64,000 nt of DNA from Gordius albopunctatus (Eukaryota): NCBI GenBank assembly GCA_964276515.1, contig OZ193909.1, positions 18,848,001 to 18,912,000 on the forward strand, written 5' to 3'. Made by a program: the position numbers and the translations under genes. How positions within the stretch are numbered: the first letter of the stretch is position 1; every line of letters starts with the position of its first letter. Positions 34,701-48,390 of this stretch are shown here, piece by piece. Under the pieces are notes generated by a model. The model ran no database searches, was not told the DNA's origin, and saw only the letters and a program-made list of their open reading frames with translations.

Positions 34701-37700
34701 GTATGCTTATAAAATTTAAAACTAATGATCGGGAAAAATAACTAACTCGTGGAAAGTTAAATTCATATTCAGTTTTTTATTAATTTTATTGGCCAATATA
34801 TGTGACAGATCAAATCCACTTTTTAAAAAAAAAATTTATTCCTTGCCCTAGGATTTTTTAAAATTTTCAAGGAAATTTGTTTTTTTTAAAACTAATTTTA
34901 TATAAAAAATCGATTAGAACGGTCTTCTCAAATTTTTTAGTTAAAACAAATTATTTTAAATAATAATATAATTATCTCTGTGCCAACATAAAAACAATAA
35001 AAAAGATATATATTGATTACAAATAATCATCTAAATTGAGACCAAGAGTTCTAGTTGTTGTTTAAATAATCAGCAAGTAGAGTATCTTTAGGAGAACATG
35101 AAAATTAGAAAAAATATTAGGAAGAAGGTATCCGCTTTTAAAATAAGAAACTTATTTGGCTAATGTGAATGATAACAGACATATTAGAGATCTGATTGGA
35201 GCTCATCAGTATTTGTAGTCACATCCTAATCGAGATAGGAATATATAAGGCCAAATTATATAGAGTTTACTTTTATGGTACAGGATAAACCCCCATAATT
35301 GTGGTGTACAGGCGCTTAGCCAGGATCTTCTCAGGGGGGTAGAAAATTTAGAATTTGTTTACAAACATTTTTATTTCAATAATATTATAAATACAAAAGC
35401 GGGGTATAAAAATAATAGCTATAAAACAATTTTTAATTTTCTTTTGCCAAAAGATAAGACATCAAGAATTTCATCCGGAGTCGGGGCTAACTCCCGATGA
35501 ACCGTTAAAAGCGCTAAACCATTTAATCGATTGTTTCACATAGAATTCCGTAAGTAGGTCTTAAGTCTTTTCAAAGTTGACAAACTTCTCTCATTTGTGC
35601 ATGTAGTAATTGGGAGGCAAGCTAATAGATAAAACAAAGTTCTAAGGTTCGATAAGCATTCTAATTTGGATTTGTGATTTAGCAAAGCATCCAAAGCATT
35701 CTTGGGAAGCAAGTCTTCTGGCATCTGAGACAACGACATATACCAAATTCTGTTTTAACGGCAATATTTATACCATTCAAGTCATTAAATTAAAACTCCG
35801 CTAAGTGATTTATTTTGATCTGAGCTGCAGGCAAAACTTTCGAATCTTGAGGGAAAAAAACTTGAATTTCTTTCTTGTCTAAAAATCTTTCATTGAGTTG
35901 AACAATAAAAGAATCAAGTAATGGTATAAATATAGTGATTTTATAATATTCCTCAAAGGAGTCTGTTGGAAGATTACTTCAGAACTTTTGTTTTCTAGCC
36001 CATATGGGTTTTTCAAGATCAAATTGGTATAAGTTAGCCTTAGCTTCGGCCGCTAAAAAAATTTGATGGAATTCTTCATCAACATTATTTCTCAACAATT
36101 TCATCTGATCAACAATGTTTTGCGCCAACTTGGTGACCTGTCTAATTTTATTTTGCAATTGCCTGCACAGAATCGATGTATAACTAAAAAGGGTATGAAG
36201 ACATAAAAGGGATATTATATAGTCTGATTGCCGCAAAGAAGAAAGCAAATTTTTGGCCCCTGTTGCCGCATCGCGATCATTCCAGGTAGAAATTTTTTCT
36301 AAAACTGGATTAATTGCATCTTGAAGTTTTATATGCGTTGCGACAGCATCGTGCCGTGATGACCAACGGGTCACACACACTTGTTTTAGTTTTTCCATTA
36401 CCGGTTTATTGACCATTTTTGACAAGACTTTTAGTAAAATGGTTAATTGGCTTTTTGTCGAAATTTAATTCAAAAATAAAAAAGTATATATCGGTATTTA
36501 TTTAAAAATGTCATTTTGAGTTAGTTACACAGCTATGGAATAAATATTTTCAATCTAAAATAAGTTATTTTTTAATAAAAAAAATTTACTATTTTTTGCC
36601 AAGGGGGTATAATTTCATATTTGTAAAATTCTATAACAAAATGTCTCTTTTAAATTTTTATTATGCTTTCGTCTACATTTAACTTAAAAATAGGGTTTGA
36701 TATAAGTTATGCTCAAACAAATTCCAAAATTATTAAATTGTAAATGATTTAAATATAAAAATGTCTATTGCCTGGTATAAACATTTTTATAATTTGATAA
36801 AAGTTTCATTATTCAATATTCATACGATTCTTGCTTTAAATCAAAATATTCTATTTGTATTATATAAAAGATATAGGTAGTTTTAGATTCCTTTTATTTT
36901 TACAATAAAATAGAAATCAAAACTTATTTGTGAGTTTAATAACTTATATAGTCACACATTATCATCATATATAAAATCCTTAACTTTACGCATTTGGCCA
37001 AATCAAATTTAATAAAATACATTATTTTATATAGCTTGATTTATTAATTGCTTCTTATTTTAACTTTAAAGTCTTATTTTATTTTTGTTTATGATAGGAA
37101 ATTGGTGTTTGGAGTAAAGAGTATATTCCTAAAGGTACTAGATTTGGTCCCCTACAGGGGGAAAACTTTGACAAAGATAGCGTGCCACGAGGAATCACTA
37201 GAAAATATTTTTGGAGGGTACTACTATATAAATTACATTAAAAATTATGTATTTATCTATTAAGCAACCCATTTTTTAAATAAAATTTATATTAAAAAAT
37301 CGAATTTTTAGATTATTATTTAAATGTAAACATTTAATATAACAAATGTTTACAATAATAAAATTATTACATTCTTTACCGCATAAATTGTCCAAAACAA
37401 TACTTCTATCGGCAAAAAAATTAATATGATGTGCGCCGCTTAAGAAAAGGGTGCATTTTAATAAATATAATAATTGAAAAATTAATTTAAATGTAAATAA
37501 TAAAATGAACCTTGAGCTAATGCACTTGTAACATCAATAGGTCCTTTACAAAAATGAGGTATTACTTTCTAAATTATAAATATTTTAAATGTTATAGTAA
37601 GAATGGGACTTGTGGTAACATACAATATCCGCAATGCAATCTAAATTTTAAAGCCCTTTTTAATACTTTTCAAAACAAAATCCCTCTTTATCATTTAATT

Positions 37701-40700
37701 ATTGACGTATTGTTTATAGGTTTTATGTCTTCTTATCTATTCTAAAAGTTTCAGTTAAGAAATGGTCAAAAATGGTGGTCATCATTTAAGATGGAGAAAC
37801 CTAGTACAACGCTTAAATACGTACTAGTACATTTCGCTCATTATTGAAATCTTAGAGGCATTTTGTAATGTCGATAAAAGGCATAAAAACCCATTCTGAC
37901 ATCATTACATTAAATAATAAGACAGATCTAGATAAAAAATCTTGTGATCTGACAATTAATGTGTATATAGTTTTTTCCCAGGCTGTTCAGGTTTTCAGGA
38001 TCAATGAGGTTGTTTTACATGTTAAAAATGGCCTTTTTAGCGTTTTTTGAAGCTAAATTCCCACTCCATTTTAGATCTATTTTAATTAATATCTATATTA
38101 CAATGCTATAAATTATGTATTTTGTTTTACTTTTATATTTAAATTATTCGAGGTAACCTTAACCACTTCCCTTCGTAAAAATTCTTCCCACTAAGCCAGA
38201 GTAAACGAAGCACATTAAAGTAGATAAAACTTAAGCTTTGTTTACTAACATTTCACTCGCTTTTTCTACTTAATCTCTCCTTCTCTTAGGGACGGGACTG
38301 GAGGAGAAGGAGAGAGTGTAAGTGGAGCGAGAGATAGAGTTGTTAAATTGCTAACTTTCTTCAACCCCAGCTACCATCTGCTCGAGTTTCTGCTCGGACC
38401 TCGAGCATTTTTATATGCTACTGTTCTGCCTAGTGCACCGAACAGCGAGCACATATTGTGCTAACGAGCATATTAAGCAACCCAGTATGCGTGCTCTCGT
38501 CTGGAGTTTGAAGAAAGTTAGCAATTTAACAACTCTAGGGAGAGAGTGAAATGTTAGTAAATACCGCGCAAATACTATGTACATCGTTAGAGAAATTTTA
38601 ATGAGAGAGAGGGGTTCATGTTGAGATAAATGCATTTAAATGTAAAAGTAAAAAAATAAATAATTTTATAGCTGTGTAGATTAATCAATGATTTACATGA
38701 TTTCATAACAATTAAAAAAATTAATTGAGAACCGGCTAGGAATTTAGACTTAAAAGCGCTAAAAAGGCCATTTTTACCCATGTTACCTCATTCATCGAAA
38801 ATCAGAAAAAGTGAAAACAAATTAATGTTCAGCGATAAATTATATGTCATAATTATTTGTCAGACTACGAGATAGAATCCCAAAGTCTATATTTGTAGAC
38901 CTATGTAATTGAATAAATCAAAATTTAATGACCATCATTGCTAAGCATTTAACTTATTTTTTGAATTTTTTAAGGTTTATGATGCCGATAGGCGAGAACT
39001 AAGCCATTACATAGATGCTCACGACGAAGCAAAGAGTAATTGGATGCGTTTCGTAAATCCGGCTAAATCTTCTAAAGATCAAAATTTAATAGCTTGCCAG
39101 ACCGGGAACCAAATATACTTTTATACCCTAACACCAATCTTCCCAGCTACCGAGCTCCTGGTTTGGTATAGCCCCGATTTTGAGAATCGCCTAAAAAAAT
39201 GCCTCTCTACAGAATGTCGTTCCTTACAGTATGGAGTTACGAGTAGTCTTGTTGCTTCTACACTTTTCTCCGTTAATGGCATCGTAGATTCCATGGGTCG
39301 ATTTAACCCGCCAACATATCATTATTCTAATGGTCAGCGCACTACTCCTATAACAGTCCCCGAGGCCTGGACAAATAGCAGGGAGGAACTAAGGGCCAGT
39401 AAGTTGTTGTTTTATAGAGTGGACCAATTTGGAAATCTTACGTTGTTGATACAGGTTCAAGTCATATATATTTATAGTACTCTCCAAGTGATAAGAATCC
39501 TCGTTTCATAATAGTACCCAGTGGCATAGCTAGCCTTTTTGCCTTAAGGGGGGGGGGCTGAGCTGGTCAGGCCATGGGGAGGGACAAAAAAAATTTAACT
39601 ACAAAAACCCTTAAAAATTAAAAAAAATATGTTTTGCCCCCCCCCCCCAATCCAAAACCTGGATACGACTATGGGTCAAACCCAAATGAAAATTTTTCCC
39701 TGATAAAAGTTGGACAAACTTAAAATTCCGCTACTACTTTGTGTATTTTTTATAATAAATCACACTGGTATGTCTTAGACCCGCATGTTTCTAGGGCATA
39801 AAATAAATAAAATTTATTCATAAATATAACAAAGTATAATGTAGTTGAAACAATATACTAAATTTCACTTGGTATAATACTAAGTTTTTGTATGAATGAA
39901 TTGAAAGGGCACAAAGTGGAACGGGAATATTGAAAAGAAATCGTTGACATTCTAAAAAAATAATGCAAATAGTAAAAAAACTATACAACAAAGTTTTTAT
40001 AAAAATGTTTTATTGCCACATCCCCAAAAATTCTGGGCAGATATATAAAAAATTTTCATTTTACATATGCAATATTGGCAGCATTTTTAGGCAGCATTTA
40101 TACCAGGAAAACAATAAGAACATTTAAAAGCCTTTTTTAAGGCTAGATGCTCGAAAGGCGTAATTATAACATAAATATGGAAAAAAATTAATTATGAAAT
40201 TAAAATTCGTTCAAGAATGAGTATTTAGAAGTTATTGCCCTGATGATATTATAGATATATTCGCACAACCGCCCCCCCCCCCTTTAAATCACCTAAAAAT
40301 TAAAATAAACAAATTTTACGGCTAAATTAACCTTAAAAATATTCTGTCAAAATTAAATGAATCAAAACTTTACTTAATAATTATAGATGAAATTAGATAT
40401 CTGAGATGCACAGAACAACTTAGCGTTTTTGTACATTTCGCATGAATCCTAGGCACATCAAAAGGATTTTTTTTTGTGATTTTTATCCATTAAAAGTCTT
40501 GATGCGTTAACAATTGTCTATAAAATTGAGGAATTTGTAATTAATATTAATTTATCAAACTTATGATGGGATATCAATAATAAAGGGAAAAAAGGGTGTA
40601 CAAACAATTTTTTGGAAAACTATTGGCTTTATATGTGCATGTGGGACATAAAAATATGCAAGATATGTTAAACAATAAGAAGCATGTGAAAAGGAGACTT

Positions 40701-43700
40701 AAATTGAATCCAGGATGGATTTTTCGTAAATTTAATAATATTTTAATATATTTTTAAAGTGTTAAAACAAGTTTAAAACATGTTTAAAAGCCCAGATGAT
40801 TTTTCATTAAATATTAAAATTAGTCTTTACACGATGTTGCAAAGGAATTTATAATATAATTCGGGGCAATAACTTCTATAAAGTCATGTTCTAAGCTCAA
40901 TAAAGCTAAGGAAGATAACCTATCTTATCCAATTGTGGAACGAAGATTAGTTTTAATCCGTTTTAGCAATCACAACAATCTTTCGTATAAACATGAAGTT
41001 ATTGGGATAGTCAAAATTATTTTAATCAAAATAATAAAATTTGGAAACACTCTTGAGGGCAAAACTTTAATAAGTGAAAAAATATCATTGCATTATATTT
41101 TATTCGAAGTAAAGAATTATAATATATTACATAATTTTTTGCGATTATTATTTCGACATCTTGCAGTTTTGATTCATAATGGTTAATTACTTCTGATAAA
41201 AAAGATTTATCGCAAAAAGGGTGTAGCCAGGAGGGGGGGGCAGGAAGGGGCAGCCGCACCCCCTCTAAATCCGAGAATTTGTTGAAATTTATTAAAATTA
41301 TGGCCCATGCTTCTAAGGACCTGTATAAATTACAATTAATTTCCTCAAATCTTATGTTTAATTCTGCTATTATTCCATCGATGATAGGATACATATAAAT
41401 CAATTAATGAATTGGCAGATTCAAAAGAGTAAAAAGTGTCATACTTTTTTGGTTTTTTAATAGGTTTAGAATGTACTAAATCAAAAATGGAAGCTAAATC
41501 TTTCGCCTTATTATAAAGAATTTGATAGTGATCCTCATTTCTAATATCATTTAAAGTTAATATTAGGCTATTGACCGTTTAAATCGCATTTATCAAACAA
41601 ATATTTGGGCTTTATATTATAATTAAAAGTTATATTCAAAAACAAATAATTATAATCTTTATATTTTTTCTTAATTAAGGTAAACCCGGTTTTTGCTCTT
41701 AAGGGGCCCGGGCCCCCTGCCCCCCCTAGCTATGCCACTGAGTAACATCTATAATATACAATTCAACACTACTGATCTTATGATAAACATTGTTTTAGAA
41801 AAGATACAATTTAACTTTTAATTAAGAGTAAGGTTTGAGCCATTCTTGGAACCCCCTTTAAATTATCTAATTAATTAGTGATAGACATTATTTTTAAGAA
41901 AAATACACAAAAATTTCAAATAAAAAGGTTTAAGCCATTCTTGAAACCTCTTAAGATAACTAGTAAATGTTAAATACTTGAATTTTTTTATTACCATATC
42001 AAACGAAAAGCGACGAATCAAAATCGTTATAATATATATCAGTACAATTGAAAAACCTTCGTGCTATGTTTTTAGGCTTAATACGCTTAATAAGATTTGT
42101 CCTAATGATTCATAAAAATGCACTTTCTTATTACTTAGTCGGAATGAATATAAAAGGAAAAGTACTTTTTCCCACAATCAAATTATAATTTTAAATAATC
42201 TAACTTATTCAAGATGCCCTAGCCACTCTTAAAAAAAGATAAAAGTCCAAAACAAAAATTGTAAATTTCAAAATGTTTAAAATAGGAAGCAATATTAATC
42301 TCAGTTTTTACTTAAATCATAATATTTGATATTCCAACAAAAAACATTTAGTTCATTAGGGTGCACTAGATAAAATTAATAAAAGTAACAATTGAGTAAG
42401 TATCGTTCTTAGCCGAAACCAATGATTTTTTTGGGAATTTATTAAGTAAATATATAATAAATAGCTATTTATTAATCAAGGAATTTAGAAAGGTTGCCTT
42501 CATGATATATTAGTTAATTAAAAGCGTTGTTGCAACAATCATACATTTAAATGTTATAAAAATACTGAAATTATACATCTTAATGGTTTAATTACATAGA
42601 TCAATGTTCTTATTAGCGATAATTGGCGTGATCCGCGATTAGATAAAATGTAAAGAGATTTGTTGAATAAATCCAATATTTGAAGCTATGATTGAATTTC
42701 AAATTACCAATCACTAAGCACCCATATATACATATGGCTCACAATTGTTATAAAATTTACCCTTTTCCGCCTTAAATTGCTTAAGTTGTCACTTTTTATA
42801 AATAACATTTTGTTAAGAAGTATTAATATTATAACGAAATTGATAATTATATAGTTAAGGCATAAAACATTTCATAAAAACTTAATATAAAAATATGATA
42901 TAAAAAAGGGTCGTCTTATATTTATTTTGATACTCTTTAGACACATATATCACTGTTGTTTATAAATCTTTCTAAGCATAATCATAGGGAAATGATGTAG
43001 TAGGAGGGCATTTGTTAAATAAATTAGGTAAAAATCACAAAAATGGCGAAAATGCACTTTTATATAATTATTATGATAAGCAAGCTATTAGCTCTAGTAT
43101 TTGTGGAATTTCATTAATCTAATCTTTTACGTTGCTACATATAGGTCCCGCGCCAGCGGATGAAGTAGGGAAAGAAGATATTACAAACAAGTCGACAAAT
43201 AGGAAGATGATAAATATTTCATTCGTTCGGAATGAAAGGGAAGCATTAGATTTTTATCCATACCAAAGATCCAATAATGATACTGCAGTATTAAGGGACG
43301 CAGAAATGTCACAACGCCACGCCGCTTTTAAATTGGCCACATCATTGATGTACCCCAAATATCACCAATACTTTATTAACCAAATTTCTTCCAAAAATAG
43401 TGCCGGGATCGACTACTCTCATCCTAACGATGATGAACAAGGTTTAAAAGATTGGAATAGTTTGATAGCAAATTATACTTACCCCAGCCCCGAAATGTCA
43501 AGCCCTAAAGAAGTTAATGATAACCTTATTTCTCATTCCTCTAAAGACTCACCAAATTGCAGCGGCGATGATGTACCTGAAGAAACAGTCCTGAATTTAA
43601 AAGTTCAGAACAAGCCTACTGAGAACAAACCTGAGAATTTGCAAAATATTTACTTGAGTAGTTTGCCTCTTAAGAAAAAATATTTGGCGAGATCCAGTCC

Positions 43701-46700
43701 TTCGCTCTTAGCTACTAATGATGACCATGTCGTACCTACATCATCATTTAACAACAAATCAACTTTGTCAGCTTTATTATCTAACGATACATATCACGCT
43801 GAGGTGAACGGAGAATGTTGCGCTATTGATTATAGTCTTAGAGGCACCAAAAAACAAAATCATCTCAGTGTTATAAAATCGGATCAAAATAACGTAGATA
43901 GGCCTAAGATCTCCAGGACTTCGGAATTTAAACAAATGTCCTCTCCACTAACGCCAGTATCACCTCTGTCACCATTAGCCGTTCATATATCTGAGAATGA
44001 TAAAAAGAGTGTTTTTACCATTACGGATATGTTCAAGAAAAATGAAAACATGCCATCATACCCATTAAGTGTTCCCAATTCAATGCTTAGACGACCAGGA
44101 GTCAATTCGGAACCTTATCCTGGACTTTGGTGTGCCTCAAAAATAGATAAATCATTGAGCTTGGAAGCTGTTAATCTTTTAAAGCACAGAACAAGATCTG
44201 CTGTTAATCCATTATCTTATTATAATTGGTGGAACGATCAAAACGTCATGTCTATGATGTACAAAAATTTTGTGCCAAAGAGAAACGTTCAAGAAAATGA
44301 GCTCCAATCTGATAGCTTAGATGATAGTTTTAAAGGTGTGGATGATACATATTCGGGAATTAATATATTTACAATGTCTACATCTCATTCTGCAAATGAT
44401 GTTATTTCAAAAGAGAAATTACATGCATCTAAAGTTTGGGAAAATTATTTAACGCCTGATCACCCGAACATAACAATTTTAAATGGGAGAAGCAGGGGAC
44501 GCACCGAAAACAACCCAGTACCACTTAACTTTAGAGAAACGTCATCAACTAATGCTGGACACAAACTTGTGAATGAAAATGATGAAACAGTCATTATAGA
44601 AAATGGAATAAAAGTTTTAAACGAAGTAACATGCCAAGTTAAACGACAAAATTATAATGTTAATGAAGGTGACGTGTCTAGAGTACATACCATGCCTCAA
44701 GCTTTAAATCGATCTATTGGTGAGTATTTAAACAAATCTTTTGGTTCTGTAAAAGAGACGTTGCCGTCTTCGACAAATTTGAACTATCAGCAAACATCCG
44801 AACGAGCTATGTTTAAATCGAATGGCTTTAAAACTGATTATACTTTAGAAGATACCAATACTTGTGGACAGGAATTTTTGGAATTGCAGCTTGATAGATC
44901 TACAACAATCAAGAAAGTTGTCTCACCTTACCCTCTTAAGAAAAAAGAAGGGAAAATGTCGTATGAATGCAACGTTTGCAACAAATCGTTCGGTCAATTG
45001 TCCAATTTAAAAGTCCATTTGAGAACGCATTCTGGCGAACGTCCCTTTAAATGTGCAGAATGTGGAAAAGGTTTCACCCAACTGGCTCATTTGCAAAAAC
45101 ACAACTTGGTACACACCGGCGAAAAACCGCACGAATGTCAACTATGCAATAAACGTTTTTCAAGCACCAGCAATCTTAAAACACATCTCAGGCTACACAG
45201 CGGGCAAAAACCTTACCAGTGCAACGCCTGTCCGGCTAAATTTACTCAGTTTGTCCATCTTAAACTACATCGCCGTTTACATACTAACGAACGGCCTTAC
45301 ACTTGTTCGACATGCGGGAAGCGGTACATTAGTTCTAGTGGTCTCAAGACTCATTACAAGAGTGGCGGATTAACTTGTTCTTGTCACAGAGCTCTGAGTG
45401 ATGAATCGAATGGGAACGAAGCTGATAGTTATTCGAACGTGGAGGGAAATTATCATGAGGATGGAACAAAAGTGTATCAGATTGACGCTAAGCCCGAGCG
45501 AGTAAGTGAAGGAGATGGACCTCAGGTAAAATGCCTCGAAACTTGTGCTAGTAGCCAATCTTCCTCACTACTTATAACGCCAAAAAATATTAATAATTAT
45601 CAAAATGGATGCGCGGAATCGGTAATATTAAAGAAAGATATTTTTAACCCCATAACACAGTCTCTAAAACAACACCTAAATCACAAAAGGCAAAAAATGC
45701 AATGGGTAAATTATTGTAAGGCCTCAAATTTGACTCAAAATGAATTTGGACATGCAAAGAATTTTCAAATTTCGGGACAAAAAACACAAAATGATGTATT
45801 AAGGAATGTTTCTACTGAGAATCAATCATCGCTAAGTTATGTTGATCCACCAAAAACAATCAATCGGGCTAACTTTAATAATAACAATTGTGATACTTTA
45901 AACCAAAACAAATTTAATTTTTATCCCTTTTCCCCTTTAACAGCGGTTGCAATATCTTCAGATATTGAAGCTATTATAAAGGAAAAATTGTTTGCATCAG
46001 ATATATCTAATGAGGTAAAGAACAACAAATTATTACCATGTGAAGCTGATCAAATGCGTAATGACTTGTTTCGAGACACTAATTTTATTAACTCAAGTAA
46101 CATAATGAGAATACTTGACGAAAACACTAAATATAGGGAAGAAATGTTAAAAAGACAAACAAAATATAGGAGTCTACCACAAAATTCGTTAACATACTCT
46201 TCTATAAACTATACAACATCCCATGATATACCAAATTTCTCTAAAGGCTGTAACTCATTAAAATCATTTGATGGTTTCCCAGTTGGCCAAAATTTATCTC
46301 AAATGGCGTCAGTTTATAATTCGTTGAAATCGATATCGCGATCCACGGAACAATCAATTATGCAACAAACACCTTTAAGGAGCTTGCTAAGTGATGGTAC
46401 TTATGTCAAAACGGAACCTATAAGCCCTGGAAAAAATGCAAGTTATTCAGATACAACTTTAATGAGTTTGGTCACGAATGGCATTAAATTTAACAAAGAT
46501 GTTAATTCAATTATTAGTAGCACGAATGGAATAAATGCTTTACCCACGAATCTGACCCCTATGGGCACTTTTGTATCATATAATCAGTCTAAAATTGAGG
46601 CAGCAGGCAAAGATAGGAGAACCGTATTAGTATCGGAGCCGACTCTCTTACTTAGCAAGAACGAGGAAACAATAAAAGAAAAGCCTAGGAATGTAAAACT

Positions 46701-46950
46701 TTTAAATAATGACACTTGTGAAAATATACCACGTGACGATATAGCATCGAATAAGAGCGTTAGGCGCATAGATTCATTAGAAGGAACCTATTCTAACATT
46801 TGCAAACAAGAACTTACAAACGATCCTTCAAACGCAAAACATAATCAAGCACCGGTGGCTCATGATAAACGTAATCAGCCAGACGACAAAGCCAATTCGA
46901 ATAATTACAGCAACGAAAATAAGGCCATATTTAGACTTGCAGTACACTAA
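31736..46950 (+). CDS. PRDM1: PR/SET-domain zinc-finger transcription factor Blimp-1 (PRDM1 orthologue), ~1525 aa
   Basis: Exons 31736-31767 ([10 protein letters not shown]; inferred from phase only), 33624-33819 ([23 protein letters not shown]), 37098-37217 ([24 protein letters not shown]), 38975-39398 ([23 protein letters not shown]) and 43145-46950. The last exon has five fingers from 44962 ([59 protein letters not shown]) that match Blimp-1. AATAAA at 47297-47302. Confidence 0.95.
31779..31832. promoter_or_regulatory. Two IR1 (EcR/USP- or FXR/RXR-type) nuclear receptor elements at the start of Blimp-1 intron 1
   Basis: AGGTCG-T-TGACCA (31779-31791) and GGTTCA-T-TGAAAG (31820-31832), compared with the consensus RGKTCA-N-TGMCCY. 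Confidence 0.45.
35309..36425 (-). mobile_element. hAT transposon remnant (THAP12/ZMYM1-like transposase, C-terminal half) in Blimp-1 intron 2
   Basis: Fragments [16 protein letters not shown] and [26 protein letters not shown] (hAT dimerisation domain); one terminus CAGGCGCTTAGCCAGG at 35309; frameshifts and stops. Confidence 0.85.
38004..38791. mobile_element. Foldback (long inverted repeat) element in Blimp-1 intron 3
   Basis: Arms pair in blocks: 38004-38061 with 38739-38791, ~38105-38144 with ~38634-38672, and 38241-38260 with ~38542-38561. Confidence 0.7.
38335..38537. mobile_element. hAT MITE nested in the foldback element
   Basis: Perfect 30-bp TIR TAGAGTTGTTAAATTGCTAACTTTCTTCAA; 8-bp TSD GCGAGAGA / GGGAGAGA (7/8). 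Confidence 0.85.
39519..41740. mobile_element. Decayed hAT transposon with both TIRs, in Blimp-1 intron 4
   Basis: Perfect 15-bp TIR CAGTGGCATAGCTAG. Transposase remnants [17 protein letters not shown] and YQTYDG..KKGVQ on +; [15 protein letters not shown] and [30 protein letters not shown] on -. Confidence 0.85.
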
Positions 46951-48390
46951 AAAACGTTTCTCTTTGTATAGCAGCCCGAAGGATATTAGAAAGTTAAGAT
47001 GATTCAATGCAATTGGTTAACATAGACATTTTGTTTATTTTGATTATATGCGCACTCCATTTCAAAATTCAGCTTTTACACCCTATTTTATATATCGTAA
47101 CATTAATTGATTCACAAACAAACACAAATCAACAATTACATTTTGATAATCACACGATAGGTTTATACGTCGATGAACACACATAATATTCACATATTTT
47201 TCTAAAATTATTTATTTTAATGTTTTTATATACCTATTGTATATTTATTTAAACCTATTTATTATAGTATTGAGGGAACACATACTAATACTTTTTAATA
47301 AAAAATATTTGAATGGCTTATAAAATTAAAAATTGGTTTTAAAATCTCTTTCAACTGTCACTTGTGAAACTATTTGGAATGGCTAGATATCGGGTCGATA
47401 AGTTTTAACAACCTTTCCTCCATAAAGCTTTAGGCGATTTTGACTGACCCTCTCAAATTTAACTGTTTTTGTGGTAAGCTTTAAAATGTTATAAAATTGT
47501 TAAACAATAACAAATTTGACTTAATATATTATTAATAACCGCAAATCGAGATTACTAGGTTATTAAAATAAAAATCTTTTTCATGCTAAATTATATTTAT
47601 AAATATGATTTTTCTATATTAGGAGCATTTTACTAAAATATTTTCCAATATGATAAGGCATTTGTATCCATATTGGTGAAAACACAATAAATATTAATAA
47701 CGCTATTTAATCAAAAAAATAAAAAATACATGTGCATTGGCCAATCGGCAAAATAAACTGCAACTTCATCTAACTCCTAGGATTAACAAGAATATTATGT
47801 ATTTTAGTTGCTAGAGTCTATAGGTAAATGTACCATTTAGTCAGTGAGTAACTCAAAATGGCGAGACAATCATATTTTATAATGATTCCCTTTAAGGGCT
47901 TTTATATGGGTTTAACATAAGTTTATGCTTAATGTTAGGACGTGATGTGCAAAATGTATAAAATTTTACCAGCTCAAATCCTTTAATATTAATTTATATT
48001 ATAAATTTTCAACTTTAAAGATTATTCTTGCAAATGTGGTCTTAGTCCTGCTTAGACAAATTAGTAAAAAATAAAGAATAATAAGTTGTGCGAATGCGAT
48101 ATTTTAAGGTCTTTGTTATACAATCCAAATTCTTGTACTGTATAAGCGATCTTATATTCCATTTCCTTATTCAATCCAAAACATAACGAAGTGCCATTTT
48201 GTGTTTTTCGCAATCGGAAAACTTTGTTCGCAACAATAAATAAACATTTTAGACTTAATTTTATGATCACATCGTATTGTGATTTCTGACTCGTAAGAGC
48301 AGGCGTTAAATAAAAATACATACTTTTGGCTGACTATGGTATGTGATAGAAACCGAAATACAACAAAATCATATTTTACTTAATTAATAA

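Noticed and set aside
43132..43144. Standalone 1272-aa zinc-finger gene starting at 43132
   Set aside because: The TTG start is intronic; the exon begins at 43145 and joins the PR-domain exons in phase.
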